A stretch of DNA of 64,000 nt from positions 1,387 through 65,386 of the IMG/VR virus record IMGVR_UViG_3300009873_000020; one strand, written 5' to 3'. Of this stretch, positions 1-9,623 are shown in pieces. This DNA comes from a virus (lineage: Duplodnaviria > Caudoviricetes). The position numbers were made by a program, and so were the translations under genes. The notes under the pieces are model-generated. The model was not told the origin of the DNA, ran no database searches, and saw only the letters and a program-made list of their open reading frames with translations. Numbering within the stretch: position 1 is the first letter of the stretch; every line of letters begins with the position of its first letter.

Positions 1-897
1 CCGCTCATCTACACGCTCGACGAGAACGACGAGTGGACCGATGAACGGGTCTGGCCTAAAGCAAATCCCAACCTAAACGTGTCGGTAAAGCTCGACGAGA
101 TGCGCGAGCTGTGCCGTAAGGCGATAGAGGTGCCGTCCGCGCAGCACGAGTTCAAGACGAAGCGCCTGAACTTGTGGCTCAACGCGCACGAGCTATGGCT
201 CCCGGTCGAACGCTGGGACGAGTGCGCCGCCGACTTTACGGAACGAGACTTGCTCGGCCGGGAGTGTTTCGGCGGGCTCGATCTGTCGAGCACCGTGGAC
301 ATCAGCGCTTTCGTGCTGCTGTTCCCGAGGAGGGAGGTGCAAGGCGGGGAGGAGGTGGAGGTTTTTGACGCGTTGCCCTACTTCTGGGTGCCGGAGGAAA
401 ATGCCGAGCTTCGGGCCAGGCGGGATCGGGTCACTTATCCGTTGTGGATCGAGCAGGGCTTTATCGAGGCGACGGAGGGGAACGCGGTCGATTACGACAC
501 CATCCGCCTTCGCATCAACGAGCTTAACACCCGCTTCAACGTCCGAGAGATCGCGGTGGACCGCTGGAATTCGAGCCAGCTCGTGGCGCAGCTCCAAAAC
601 GACGGCCTCACGATGGTGATGTTCGGGCAGGGGATGCAGTCCATGTCGGCGCCCATGAAGCTGTTCGAGGCCCTCGTCATGTCGCGCCGCATCCGGCACA
701 ACCGGAACCCGGTCCTCCGCTGGATGATGACCAACGTCTCGGCCAAGCGTGACGGCGCCGGGAACATCAAGCCCGACAAGGAAAAGAGCACCGAAAAGAT
801 CGACGGGGTGGTGGCCGCCATCATGGCGCTCGCCAGGGCCTCGGTCGCGGCGCCCGAAACCTCGGTCTACGAGACGCGGGGCTTGATGGCCGTTTAG
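1..897 (+). CDS. terL: Terminase large subunit, C-terminal nuclease part (5' end outside window)
   Basis: Frame open from base 1; motifs GGLDLSSTVD, IAVDRWN, FGQGMQSMSAPMK, KIDGVVAAIMA typical of Terminase_1 family. Confidence 0.95.
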   Translation, partial: PLIYTLDENDEWTDERVWPKANPNLNVSVKLDEMRELCRKAIEVPSAQHEFKTKRLNLWLNAHELWLPVERWDECAADFTERDLLGRECFGGLDLSSTVDISAFVLLFPRREVQGGEEVEVFDALPYFWVPEENAELRARRDRVTYPLWIEQGFIEATEGNAVDYDTIRLRINELNTRFNVREIAVDRWNSSQLVAQLQNDGLTMVMFGQGMQSMSAPMKLFEALVMSRRIRHNRNPVLRWMMTNVSAKRDGAGNIKPDKEKSTEKIDGVVAAIMALARASVAAPETSVYETRGLMAV

Positions 898-962
898 GTG
901 CTTGCTCCAACCTCTTGTCAAGGCATAAGATAAGATCCAGCCACGTCTACATTTACGCCCGA

Positions 963-2678
963 ATGAGCCTACTGGATCTGTTCCGACGAAAGCCAGAGCC
1001 CCCACCCCCGCCGCCCCCGCAGCAGCGGATCGTGCCGCCGTCCGGCCAGAAGGCCCAACCGCTGAAGGCCGAAGAGCGTTCCTGGGGACCGACCGACGAT
1101 CGGTGGTACTCGGTCGAAGAGCTGCTGAACGCGACGTCCAGCGCCGGCGCGAGAGTCACGCCCGAGACGGCCCTTAACTTTTCTGCCGTCTACACCGCCG
1201 TCAAGATCATCACGGAAAACGTCGCGATGATCCCGCTCCCGCTTTACAAGCGGAGGCCGGACGGCGGCAAAGATCGCCACACGCTCCACCCGTACCATCG
1301 GTTGTTGCGTTTGAAGCCCAACCGCTTCATGACGGGCTTTCAGTTCAGGGAATACCTGACCGGCCACGTGCTGCTGCGCGGCAACGGCTACGCCCAGAAG
1401 ATTTACAACCGGGGCAACGTCGTAACGGAGCTGCTGGTGCTCCATCCGAGCCGGGTCCGGGTGGAGGTCGAAGACGACCTCAAGGTGGTCTATCTGTACC
1501 GGCGCCCGGACAACAGGGAGGTGAAAATACCCCAGCGGGAGATGTTTCACCTCCAAGGGTACACCGATCACGGCATCGAGGGCTGCTCGCCCATCACGCA
1601 CATGCGTGAGGCGGTCGGCCTCGGCCTGACGGCCCAGGAGTTCGGCTCGAATCTGTTTGCCCGCCAGGCCGCCCCCGGCGGCGTGTTGGAGCACCCTAAA
1701 GCGTTGAGCGACGAGGCCCGCAGGCGCCTTCGGCAGGACTTCGACAACGCCTACGCCGGAGGGCACAATGCTGGCAAGACGATGGTGCTCGAGGAGGGGA
1801 TGAGCTGGAAGGCGGTCGGGATGGCCGCGAGGGACGCCGAGTTCCTGCTCACCCGCCGCTTTCAGATAGAAGAAATTGCCAGGATCTACCGCATCCCACT
1901 CTACATGCTTCAGGACCACACCCACTCGACCTTTTCCAACATCGAGCACCTGTCGCTAGATTTCGTGACCCAGTGCCTCATGCCGTGGCTCAGGAGGTGG
2001 GAGGAGACGATCCAGCGGGACCTGTTCGACTCGACGGACGACGTGTTCGCCGAGTTTTTAGTCGATGGGCTCCTCCGGGGCGACATCGCCAGCCGCTACG
2101 CCGCCTACGCCACGGGCCGGCAGTGGGGTTGGCTCTCGGTGAACGACATACGCGCCAGGGAGAACATGAACCCGGTCGAGGGGGGAGACGTGTATTTGCA
2201 GCCCATGAACATGGTCGATGCCAACGCCCCGGCGCCGGACCCCCAAGGGGGGGAGGGCGACCAGGAGCCCCAGGACGACCCAGGAGACGGGGAGGGGGAG
2301 GGCGAGGGGGAGCGCCAGGCCGGGGTGAGAGAGGGGTTCAGGGGGGCCTTTTTGGACGTCTGGACCCGGGTCGTGAGGAAAGAGCTAAACGCGGTCGGCC
2401 AGGCCCAAAAAGCCAGGAACGGGGATTTCCCTTTGTGGCTCGCCAAGTTCCGTGCCGAGCACGAGCGCTTCGCTTTCGACTGCCTGAAAGAACTGTACCT
2501 CACCTATCAGCGGACCCTTTCGCTGATGGCCGCCCCCGAGTTCGACGAAGGCTTGGCGCTCCGGGAGTTGGCAAGGATCGTGAGCGAGTACGGGGAAGGG
2601 ATCGGCGAGGCCGGAGAGGAAAGAACGAGGGTAGCAATCTGCATTGGGAGTGTTTTAGGAGGACAACAGCATGGATAA
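963..2678 (+). CDS. Portal protein, HK97 family, with long C-terminal extension
   Basis: SAVYTAVKIITENVAMIPL, LLRGNGY, GNNAG-like VLEEGMSW, EIARIYRIP, SNIE, LLRGD motifs; ATG at 963 chosen. Confidence 0.95.
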   Translation: MSLLDLFRRKPEPPPPPPPQQRIVPPSGQKAQPLKAEERSWGPTDDRWYSVEELLNATSSAGARVTPETALNFSAVYTAVKIITENVAMIPLPLYKRRPDGGKDRHTLHPYHRLLRLKPNRFMTGFQFREYLTGHVLLRGNGYAQKIYNRGNVVTELLVLHPSRVRVEVEDDLKVVYLYRRPDNREVKIPQREMFHLQGYTDHGIEGCSPITHMREAVGLGLTAQEFGSNLFARQAAPGGVLEHPKALSDEARRRLRQDFDNAYAGGHNAGKTMVLEEGMSWKAVGMAARDAEFLLTRRFQIEEIARIYRIPLYMLQDHTHSTFSNIEHLSLDFVTQCLMPWLRRWEETIQRDLFDSTDDVFAEFLVDGLLRGDIASRYAAYATGRQWGWLSVNDIRARENMNPVEGGDVYLQPMNMVDANAPAPDPQGGEGDQEPQDDPGDGEGEGEGERQAGVREGFRGAFLDVWTRVVRKELNAVGQAQKARNGDFPLWLAKFRAEHERFAFDCLKELYLTYQRTLSLMAAPEFDEGLALRELARIVSEYGEGIGEAGEERTRVAICIGSVLGGQQHG

Positions 2679-3447
2679 AACATGCGCCTGTTGTAAGCAC
2701 AGCAAATCGATTGACGAATTTGGGGTTGATAAACATCGAAAGGACGGGCGTAACACGCGGTGCATACTGTGCCGTCGAGCGGCAAATGCTCAATGGCGCA
2801 AAGATAATCCAGAGAAAAGCAAAGCAATCTGGGATAGATATTACACAACTCATCGAGACATCAAACTCGAACGAAAACGGCAATATCGAGCTAATCTCGT
2901 TGTAAAGGCTAAAGATCTTCAGTATTCAAAGCAATGGCGTATCAATAATCCTGAACGTGTAAAACGGCGGAGACGGAACACGTATATTAGAAGAAGAGCG
3001 GAGATTCTGGCATGGCATAGTCAGTATCGCAAACGAAATCGTGCAAAGTATAATGCTTACCAAAAGCGATGGGAGCTGAAGAGCCCGGAGAAGGCGCGGG
3101 CTTCACGATTGGCCAGAATGGAGAGACGAAGAGCAAGACTTCGCGAGGCACCGGGGAATTATACTTCATCTCAGATACTAGCTATGTTGATTGAGCAAGC
3201 TTACTGCTGTTTTGCATGTAATGCAGAGATTGCTGGCTGTTACTCGATTGATCATATTATTCCCCTATCAAAAGGAGGGTCGAACGACATCTCTAACATT
3301 CAATTGCTATGCAAAAACTGCAACAGCAGTAAAGGAGATCGAGATCCGATGGTCTGGGCAATCAAAAACAGAAAGCGAATTAAAGAAATGGACTTTATTC
3401 AAGCGCAAGTAAGGAGGAACGATGAAACCGAAAGAGTGTCGAGCTAG
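2671..3447 (+). CDS. HNH homing endonuclease
   Basis: CFAC...IDHIIPLSKGGSNDISNIQLLCKNCNSSKG; N-terminal CxxC pairs; AT-richer than flanks. Confidence 0.9.
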   Translation: MDKTCACCKHSKSIDEFGVDKHRKDGRNTRCILCRRAANAQWRKDNPEKSKAIWDRYYTTHRDIKLERKRQYRANLVVKAKDLQYSKQWRINNPERVKRRRRNTYIRRRAEILAWHSQYRKRNRAKYNAYQKRWELKSPEKARASRLARMERRRARLREAPGNYTSSQILAMLIEQAYCCFACNAEIAGCYSIDHIIPLSKGGSNDISNIQLLCKNCNSSKGDRDPMVWAIKNRKRIKEMDFIQAQVRRNDETERVSS

Positions 3448-4102
3448 TTTCGAGAGCAACGTGGCTCTTGAGGAACGGGAACAGGTGAAGTTGCCTGTGG
3501 TCCAGGGGTATGCTGCGATGTTTAACAAGCGGACAAACATCTTTGGATTATTCACTGAGTCGATTCGTCGCGGAGCTTTTTCGAGAGCGATTGAGGAAAA
3601 ACAAGATGTTCGCAGCTTGTTCAATCATAGCGCTGACATCGTTCTTGGGCGGACGAAAAACGGCACACTTGTTTTGAGGCAAGACGACAAAGGGTTATGG
3701 ACCGAAACAACTCCTCCAGACACGCAACAGGCACGAGACGTAATTGAGAACGTACGAGTCGGAAATGTCACCGGGATGTCCTTCGCCTTTCGGATTAAGA
3801 ATCAAGAGTGGACGATGAGCGAAGACCCAGAAGAGCTTGACCACCGGGAGATCATTGACGTTGATCTTTATGATATTTCAGTTGTGACTTATCCCGCTTA
3901 TGAGGAAACGTTTGTGGGATTGAGGTCTCTTGCCGAAGATGCTTACCGAGAAGCCAAAGAGCTGCACCGCGCCTCGACGGTTCAGCCCGGACCGACTGAG
4001 GAGCCTCATACCGAGCCGCCGCCCGTTAGGTTAAGCTGCCCGCCCGAGACGCTACTAAAACAGATCTCGCTCTTGAGGAAGAAGTACCGGAAGGTTTTAT
4101 AA
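3422..4102 (+). CDS. Prohead protease, HK97 family
   Basis: GYAAMFN, FTESIRRGAF, LFNH, LGRT, GMSFAF, DISVVTYPAY. Confidence 0.93.
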   Translation: MKPKECRASFESNVALEEREQVKLPVVQGYAAMFNKRTNIFGLFTESIRRGAFSRAIEEKQDVRSLFNHSADIVLGRTKNGTLVLRQDDKGLWTETTPPDTQQARDVIENVRVGNVTGMSFAFRIKNQEWTMSEDPEELDHREIIDVDLYDISVVTYPAYEETFVGLRSLAEDAYREAKELHRASTVQPGPTEEPHTEPPPVRLSCPPETLLKQISLLRKKYRKVL

Positions 4103-4128
4103 CCGTACTGTAATCGAGGAGGATTGTT

Positions 4129-4215
4129 ATGGTCGATAAGCCAGTAGAAAAGCCGTTGCCGAACCCGAAGCCTTCTCCTACCCCTAAGCCGGGCCCGAAG
4201 ACTCCCCGCGTTTAA
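4129..4215 (+). CDS. 28-aa Pro/Lys-rich peptide MVDKPVEKPLPNPKPSPTPKPGPKTPRV (not in ORF track)
   Basis: Strong SD GAGGAGG 6 nt before ATG 4129; TAA 4213-4215. Confidence 0.55.
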   Translation: MVDKPVEKPLPNPKPSPTPKPGPKTPRV

Positions 4216-4261
4216 TCCTGACTAGCCTGGTGCGTTAGCGCGGCTAGCGCACCTGAATCTG

Positions 4262-4294
4262 AAGCACGCCAGCACCCGCTAGCGTGCTTTTTTT
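4262..4294 (+). terminator. Rho-independent terminator
   Basis: AAGCACGC/GCGTGCTT stem followed by T run. Confidence 0.7.
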
Positions 4295-4527
4295 GTTGCA
4301 ACGATTGCAGCAAAAACTTCTTGCGCGTTTCTTTGCTTTCGTGCACCATCCGATTATAGGCGTCGCGCCCCATCCGGAAGTTCCGTCGAACATCCAGGGC
4401 GACGATAGTTAAGACCGCCAGCGTTCCGTCGAACGCCTACCGTCATACGTAAATCACGACATTATTCGTTTATCTAAACACCCGCCCAAAAGGAGGGTCT
4501 TAACTAACTTCATTAGCAAGTCTGCAT

Positions 4528-5853
4528 ATGGATTTAATACAACTACGCACAAAATGGGCCGAAACCCTGGAGGAGATGCGAAAGATCGCCGACCGGGCCA
4601 AGGCGGAACAGAGGCTATTAACCGAGGAGGAAGAGAAACGCTACGGAGAATTGGAGCAGCTCGAGAAGGACTACTCGGCGAACATCGAGCGGCTCGAAAG
4701 GCTCGAACAGCTCGAGGCCAAGCGGAACGAGCCCGTCAACAAGCCGGTGGACCTGAAGGTCACCCGCGAGGACAAGCATGATGACCAGGGCGAGCCGAGG
4801 GTCTTCCGTTCGCTCGGCGAGCAGCTTATGGCGGTTCGCGACGCGGCTTTATACCCGAGGGCGAATCACTCCAAGCTGGACGAGTGCCAAAAGATCATGC
4901 GTGCCATTTCGGGTATGAATGAGACCGTAGCAGCCGACGGTGGAATACTGGTCGAAAAGCAGTTCGTCTCGGGCCTGATGGACCGGGCCGAAGAGGAGTC
5001 GAAGCTTCTCCCTCTGGTTCGGCGCATCCCCGTCAGCGCTAACTCAAACGGCATCAAGTTTTACGGGGTCGATGAAACCTCAAGGGTGGACGGATCTCGC
5101 TGGGGCGGCGTTCAGGCCTACTGGGAAGGCGAAGGCGATCAGTACATCGCGTCCAAGCCGAAACTAACCCCACAATCGATGACGCTCAGGAAGCTGACCG
5201 GCCTTTGCTACGTGACAGAGGAGCTGCTGGAGGATTCGACCGCGCTTGAGGCGTTTATCCGCATGGCGTTCGGGGACGAGTTCGGCTTTAAAATCGACTA
5301 CGCCATCCTACACGGCACCGGAGGTGGACAGCCCAAGGGCGTGTTCAAGGCGGAATCGCTGGTCGTGGTTGCCAAGGAGTCCGGGCAGGCGGCTGACACC
5401 ATCGTCCTGAACAACTTGACCAAAATGCGGGCAAGGCTCTGGGCTCGAAGCCGTTCTCGGGCCGTGTGGCTGATGAACGCCGACGTGGAGCCGCAGCTTC
5501 TGGGCCTTAACCTGTCGGTTGGCAATAACGCTTACCCCGTGTTTTTACCGGCCACCGGCATTTCTGGCGCCCAGTACGACACCCTCTTCGGGCGCCCGAT
5601 GCTCCCCATCGAGCAGATGGAAACCTTGGGCGATCAGGGGGACATCCTGCTGTGGGATCCGGAAATGTACATGGTAATCGATAAGGGTGGATTAAAAGCT
5701 GCTACTTCGATTCACGTTCGGTTCTTGTTTGACGAAGTGGCATACAAGTTCACCATGAGGTTGGACGGACAGCCGCTCGTGTCAACTGCGCTTACTCCTT
5801 TCAAGGGAACTGCGACAGTAAGCCCATACGTAACGCTTGCAGCTAGAGCTTAG
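4528..5853 (+). CDS. Major capsid protein, HK97 fold with N-terminal coiled-coil delta domain
   Basis: Charged N-terminal scaffold; DGGILV, VTEELLEDS, GTGGGQPKG, LFGRP, MRLDGQP; position after protease. Confidence 0.95.
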   Translation: MDLIQLRTKWAETLEEMRKIADRAKAEQRLLTEEEEKRYGELEQLEKDYSANIERLERLEQLEAKRNEPVNKPVDLKVTREDKHDDQGEPRVFRSLGEQLMAVRDAALYPRANHSKLDECQKIMRAISGMNETVAADGGILVEKQFVSGLMDRAEEESKLLPLVRRIPVSANSNGIKFYGVDETSRVDGSRWGGVQAYWEGEGDQYIASKPKLTPQSMTLRKLTGLCYVTEELLEDSTALEAFIRMAFGDEFGFKIDYAILHGTGGGQPKGVFKAESLVVVAKESGQAADTIVLNNLTKMRARLWARSRSRAVWLMNADVEPQLLGLNLSVGNNAYPVFLPATGISGAQYDTLFGRPMLPIEQMETLGDQGDILLWDPEMYMVIDKGGLKAATSIHVRFLFDEVAYKFTMRLDGQPLVSTALTPFKGTATVSPYVTLAARA

Positions 5854-5874
5854 TAAACAGAGGAGCATATTGAT

Positions 5875-6327
5875 ATGGATACGCCATTTAAGATGGTTCA
5901 GGTTTTGCCCCCTGCGGCTGACCGATACAACGCAAACCCGAGCACCGACATCGTGAGTCTAGAGAACTTCGAGCGCGTCGTGTTCGTCATCGGCGCCGGC
6001 GCTGGGGACACCGGCACCGCGACGATCACGCTGAACGCCGCCTCGGACAACTCCGGCACGGGCGCCGAGGCGATCCCGTTCTTTTACCGGACGGGGGCTG
6101 CGGACGCCGTCTCGCAGAACTGGACCCAGGCGACGGCGGCGGGCTTCACGACCGCCGCGGCCGCCGACGGTTTGCACCTGGTCATGATCGACGCGGGGCA
6201 CTTGCCGGAAACCAAGCCGTGGGTTTTCTTGACTCTAACCGAAGTCGCTAATGATCCCGTGTTGGCGGGCGCGTGGGCGCTGTTCTTCGAGCCTCGGGCA
6301 AGACTCGACACCGCTGTACTTACTTAA
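5875..6327 (+). CDS. Probable capsid decoration/cement protein
   Basis: Directly after MCP; beta-rich small protein with SD. Confidence 0.55.
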   Translation: MDTPFKMVQVLPPAADRYNANPSTDIVSLENFERVVFVIGAGAGDTGTATITLNAASDNSGTGAEAIPFFYRTGAADAVSQNWTQATAAGFTTAAAADGLHLVMIDAGHLPETKPWVFLTLTEVANDPVLAGAWALFFEPRARLDTAVLT

Positions 6328-6340
6328 TTAGGAGGGTTAG

Positions 6341-6811
6341 ATGCCGAAAGTTAAAGTTATTCGCGACTACGAGGACAAAGACGGAAAGCACCACAAGGCG
6401 GGCGATTACGTCGATGTGAAGGAAGATGCCGAGGTGGAGATGCTGGTAAACAGTGGCGCGGCGGAGAAAGTTCTTTCGTACGAGGAACTCCACACTGCTG
6501 CCTACGGCGGGGCCGACCCTCTGACGCTTGAAAAGGCCAAGGAGGAGTTGCGGCGGGCCCAAGAGGTTGAAGAGCGCCGCGCGAGGATTCGCTACTCTGA
6601 CCCGCAGAACGAGGCGAACGCCAAGATTGCCTACCCCGAGCAGGCCAAGGCTATGGCTCTTCGAGACGAGGCGGTCTTGAAGGAGGCCAAAGAGGGTTTG
6701 CCCGACGACGCCGACAAGCACGCGGACGGCTCGCCGCTTACGAGCGCTGAGCTTGCCGAGCGCGAAGGGTCGGAAGGAGAGGCCGAGGAAGGCAAGCGGA
6801 AGAAGAAGTAG
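6341..6811 (+). CDS. Hypothetical head-region protein (acidic)
   Basis: SD GGAGG; KVKVIRDYED..GDYVDV N-terminus like small head-associated proteins. Confidence 0.6.
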   Translation: MPKVKVIRDYEDKDGKHHKAGDYVDVKEDAEVEMLVNSGAAEKVLSYEELHTAAYGGADPLTLEKAKEELRRAQEVEERRARIRYSDPQNEANAKIAYPEQAKAMALRDEAVLKEAKEGLPDDADKHADGSPLTSAELAEREGSEGEAEEGKRKKK

Positions 6812-6814
6812 CCG

Positions 6815-7396
6815 GTGGCCTGGAGGGAGCTGACCGCACCGCCGGCCAGGCCCGTCAGCTTCGACGTGGCCAAGCAGCACATGAGGCTGAACGGGCACGA
6901 CGAGCAGGCTTACGTCGAGCTTCTGATCGACGCGGCGACGAAGGTGGTGGAGTCTCAGACGCGAAGGGCTCTCATCGCCCGGAGCTTCCGGCTCCACCTG
7001 GATCGGTTCCCCGACGGGCGGGAGATCGAGCTGCCGGTTGCGCCGGTCCAGTCGCTCGCGTCGGTGAAGTACACCGACGGACTGGGCGTCTTGACGACTT
7101 GGGCGGACGCGAACTACGCGCTCGACCAGCGGAGCCTAGTCGGCCGCGTGGTGCTGGCGGACGGCGTCAGTTGGCCCACGGGGCTGCTCGTCGCCCCCAA
7201 CGCCGTCGAGGTGGACTTCACGGCGGGGTACGGCACTACTGAGGCGAGCGTGCCCCAGCCCTTGCGGGCGGCCATCTTGTTTCTCGTGGCCCACTGGTAC
7301 GAGAACCGGGAGGCGGTAAACGCCGGCAGCGTCAACGAGGTTCCAAAGACCTTCGACTACGCGCTCGGCGGCTACAAGATCGTGAGCGTGGTGTAG
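6815..7396 (+). CDS. Head-tail adaptor (gp6/gp15-like)
   Basis: EPVS-like PVSFDVAKQHMR, LIDAAT, AAILFLVAHWYENRE. Confidence 0.92.
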   Translation: MAWRELTAPPARPVSFDVAKQHMRLNGHDEQAYVELLIDAATKVVESQTRRALIARSFRLHLDRFPDGREIELPVAPVQSLASVKYTDGLGVLTTWADANYALDQRSLVGRVVLADGVSWPTGLLVAPNAVEVDFTAGYGTTEASVPQPLRAAILFLVAHWYENREAVNAGSVNEVPKTFDYALGGYKIVSVV

Positions 7397-7711
7397 GTGA
7401 AGGCAGGGAAGCTCGATCGGAGGGTTACGCTCGAGCGTGCGACGACGGAGAACAACTCTTCCGGGGAGCCGGTCGAGACGTGGGCCGAGGTCGTCACCGT
7501 CTGGGCCGAGCTGGTGCCGGTCAGCGCGAGAGAACGCTTCAGCGGCGACGCCGTGAGGGCGAGTAACTTGTACGTGTTCCGCATCCGGCATCTGGACGGC
7601 GTGGACTCGAAGATGAGGCTCAAGTTCGAGGACAGGTACTACAGGATTTTGGGAGTGTTGCCGATCGGCAGAATGGAGACTTTAGAACTAACGACGGAGC
7701 TTTTGGATTAG
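7397..7711 (+). CDS. Head closure protein (SPP1 gp16-like)
   Basis: MKAGKLDRRVTL, W..V.TVWA, FRIRH, MRL. Confidence 0.9.
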   Translation: MKAGKLDRRVTLERATTENNSSGEPVETWAEVVTVWAELVPVSARERFSGDAVRASNLYVFRIRHLDGVDSKMRLKFEDRYYRILGVLPIGRMETLELTTELLD

Positions 7712-8098
7712 GTGGCAAGTGAAATCGAGATAAAAGGATTGCCTGAGCTTTACGCGAAGCTAAGCGACGCCCCCAACAGGATTCACAGGAACGTCCTACG
7801 CACATCCGTCTTTCGGGCGGCCCAACTCTTACGGGACATTCTCAAAGGCCGCGCGCCGCTAAAGACCGGCGCTCTGGTGAAGAGCATCAAGGCCCGGCGT
7901 TCGCGCGGGGACAAGTTTACCGAGGCCGCGAAAGTCGAGGTCGGCGAGTTCTACGCGAAGTTCCTCGAGTACGGGACTTCCAAGATGGCGGCAAAGCCGT
8001 TCGTGCGCCCGGCCTTCGAGGTGACCCAAGAGCAGTTGGTGGAAGAGCTGGTGAGGACCATCGGTCCCGAAATCGAGCGTCAGCTCGCGAAGAAGTGA
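7712..8098 (+). CDS. HK97 gp10-like neck protein
   Basis: APLKTGAL, FLEYGTSKMAAKPFVRPAF. Confidence 0.9.
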   Translation: MASEIEIKGLPELYAKLSDAPNRIHRNVLRTSVFRAAQLLRDILKGRAPLKTGALVKSIKARRSRGDKFTEAAKVEVGEFYAKFLEYGTSKMAAKPFVRPAFEVTQEQLVEELVRTIGPEIERQLAKK

Positions 8099-8493
8099 TC
8101 GACGAGGCGCTCTACGCACGCCTCACGGGGGACGCCCAGGTGGCGGCCATCGTCGGCACGAGGGTGAGGCCGATCAAGCTCAAGCAGGGGGACTCGACCC
8201 CGGCCCTGAGCTACTTCGAGGTTTTCGGCGTCCACGAGACGGGCCTTTCGGGCAGCCACGGGGCCGCGACTTCCATGTTCCAGATCGACTGCTGGGGCAA
8301 GGGGTATGCGGAGGTGAGGAACTTGGGCGAGAAGGTGCGGCTGGCGCTCCACAACTGGCGCGGGACTTTAGGAGGGACTGAAGTGCAGGGCGTATACGCG
8401 GTCGAGACCCAAGAGGATTACGACCAGGACGCTGAGCTTTATCGAAAGATTGTCGAATGCAGGATTGCCTACACGGAGGCGAAACCAAGTTAA
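8095..8493 (+). CDS. Tail terminator/completion protein (DUF3168-like)
   Basis: ALYARL....VAAIVGTRV, FQIDCWG; canonical position. Confidence 0.85.
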   Translation: MIDEALYARLTGDAQVAAIVGTRVRPIKLKQGDSTPALSYFEVFGVHETGLSGSHGAATSMFQIDCWGKGYAEVRNLGEKVRLALHNWRGTLGGTEVQGVYAVETQEDYDQDAELYRKIVECRIAYTEAKPS

Positions 8494-8520
8494 CTTGATG
8501 AAGGAGGATCGGGACATTAG

Positions 8521-9279
8521 ATGACGAATGCGATTTTTGGTATCGGTACTTTACTACAAAGGGGAGATGGAACGGCGGGTGGGGTTCAGGCCAGCAAGAC
8601 CATCGGCACCTCGAACCAGCAGCTAAGGATCTCGGCCAAGCAGGGCGGTGCGGGGGGCAACTCGAAAACCTTCGGCATCGTCGTGAGCGGCAACAACACT
8701 GCGTATTCTCAAGTCATTACGGCGAATTCGGTCTTGATAAACTCCGCGACAGACGGCTCCGGCAACGCCACTACGACCGTGGCGCAGGCGATCGCAAACC
8801 TTTACGCGAGCCCGACTTTCTACAACTACTTCGTGGCCGACACGAGCAGCGGGACCGGCTCGGGCGTGCTGGTGGCCGGCGCTTCGGGCGCCCTGTCCGG
8901 CGGCTCCGGCGCCGAGACCTTCACCACCATCCCGGAGGTGAAGAACATTTCGATGGGCGGCTTGAGCTTGCAGCTCGCAGACGCCACCAACATGGACAGC
9001 CCGAACGCCTACCAGGAGTGGGTGCCGACGTTCAAGAGCGCCGGGACCATCAACTTCGACATCCAGTTCCAGCCCGCCCTGACGGCGCACAAGAACTTTC
9101 TGGCCGATTACGTTAATCGCTCTTTGAGGAACTATCAGCTTGTGTTCCCCGACACAGGCGCAACGCAGTGGGCGTTTGCAGGGTACTTGACTAACCTCGC
9201 GCCCTCGATGCCGCACGACAGCTTACTTAACGCATCGGGGACCATCACGATCACGGGCGAGCCGACCTTCCCGGCATAA
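8521..9279 (+). CDS. Major tail tube protein with inserted domain
   Basis: GIGTLLQRGDG start, then after ~110-aa insert FTTIPEV, DATNMDS, AGTINF, W.F.GY, ITITGEP. Confidence 0.88.
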   Translation: MTNAIFGIGTLLQRGDGTAGGVQASKTIGTSNQQLRISAKQGGAGGNSKTFGIVVSGNNTAYSQVITANSVLINSATDGSGNATTTVAQAIANLYASPTFYNYFVADTSSGTGSGVLVAGASGALSGGSGAETFTTIPEVKNISMGGLSLQLADATNMDSPNAYQEWVPTFKSAGTINFDIQFQPALTAHKNFLADYVNRSLRNYQLVFPDTGATQWAFAGYLTNLAPSMPHDSLLNASGTITITGEPTFPA

Positions 9280-9290
9280 TGTAGGAGCGT

Positions 9291-9623
9291 ATGACGAACG
9301 CCGATAAAGCAATTCCTTACGTCGATTTCGAGATAGGCGGAAAAACAAGGCGGCTGCTGTTTTCGTGGGAAGCGATCTGCCGCTACGAGATCGAAACCGG
9401 TAAGAGTGTGCTCGTGCCAGGCGCGATGGAAAACCTTCGCGGCTATGACTGGACCGTGCTGCTCTGGGCGTCACTCTTGCACGACGACCCGAAGCTCACG
9501 CTGAAGGAGGTCACGGGCTGGGTCACTTTCGAGAACGTCAGCCCGGTGATCAACGCCGTGACGGACGCGATGCTGAAAGCCCGTGCGCCCGACGAAAAAA
9601 AAACGGACGACCCGGGCGAGTAG
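9291..9623 (+). CDS. Tail assembly chaperone (G-like)
   Basis: Between tube and tape measure; ends just after A9 slippery run. Confidence 0.8.
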   Translation: MTNADKAIPYVDFEIGGKTRRLLFSWEAICRYEIETGKSVLVPGAMENLRGYDWTVLLWASLLHDDPKLTLKEVTGWVTFENVSPVINAVTDAMLKARAPDEKKTDDPGE

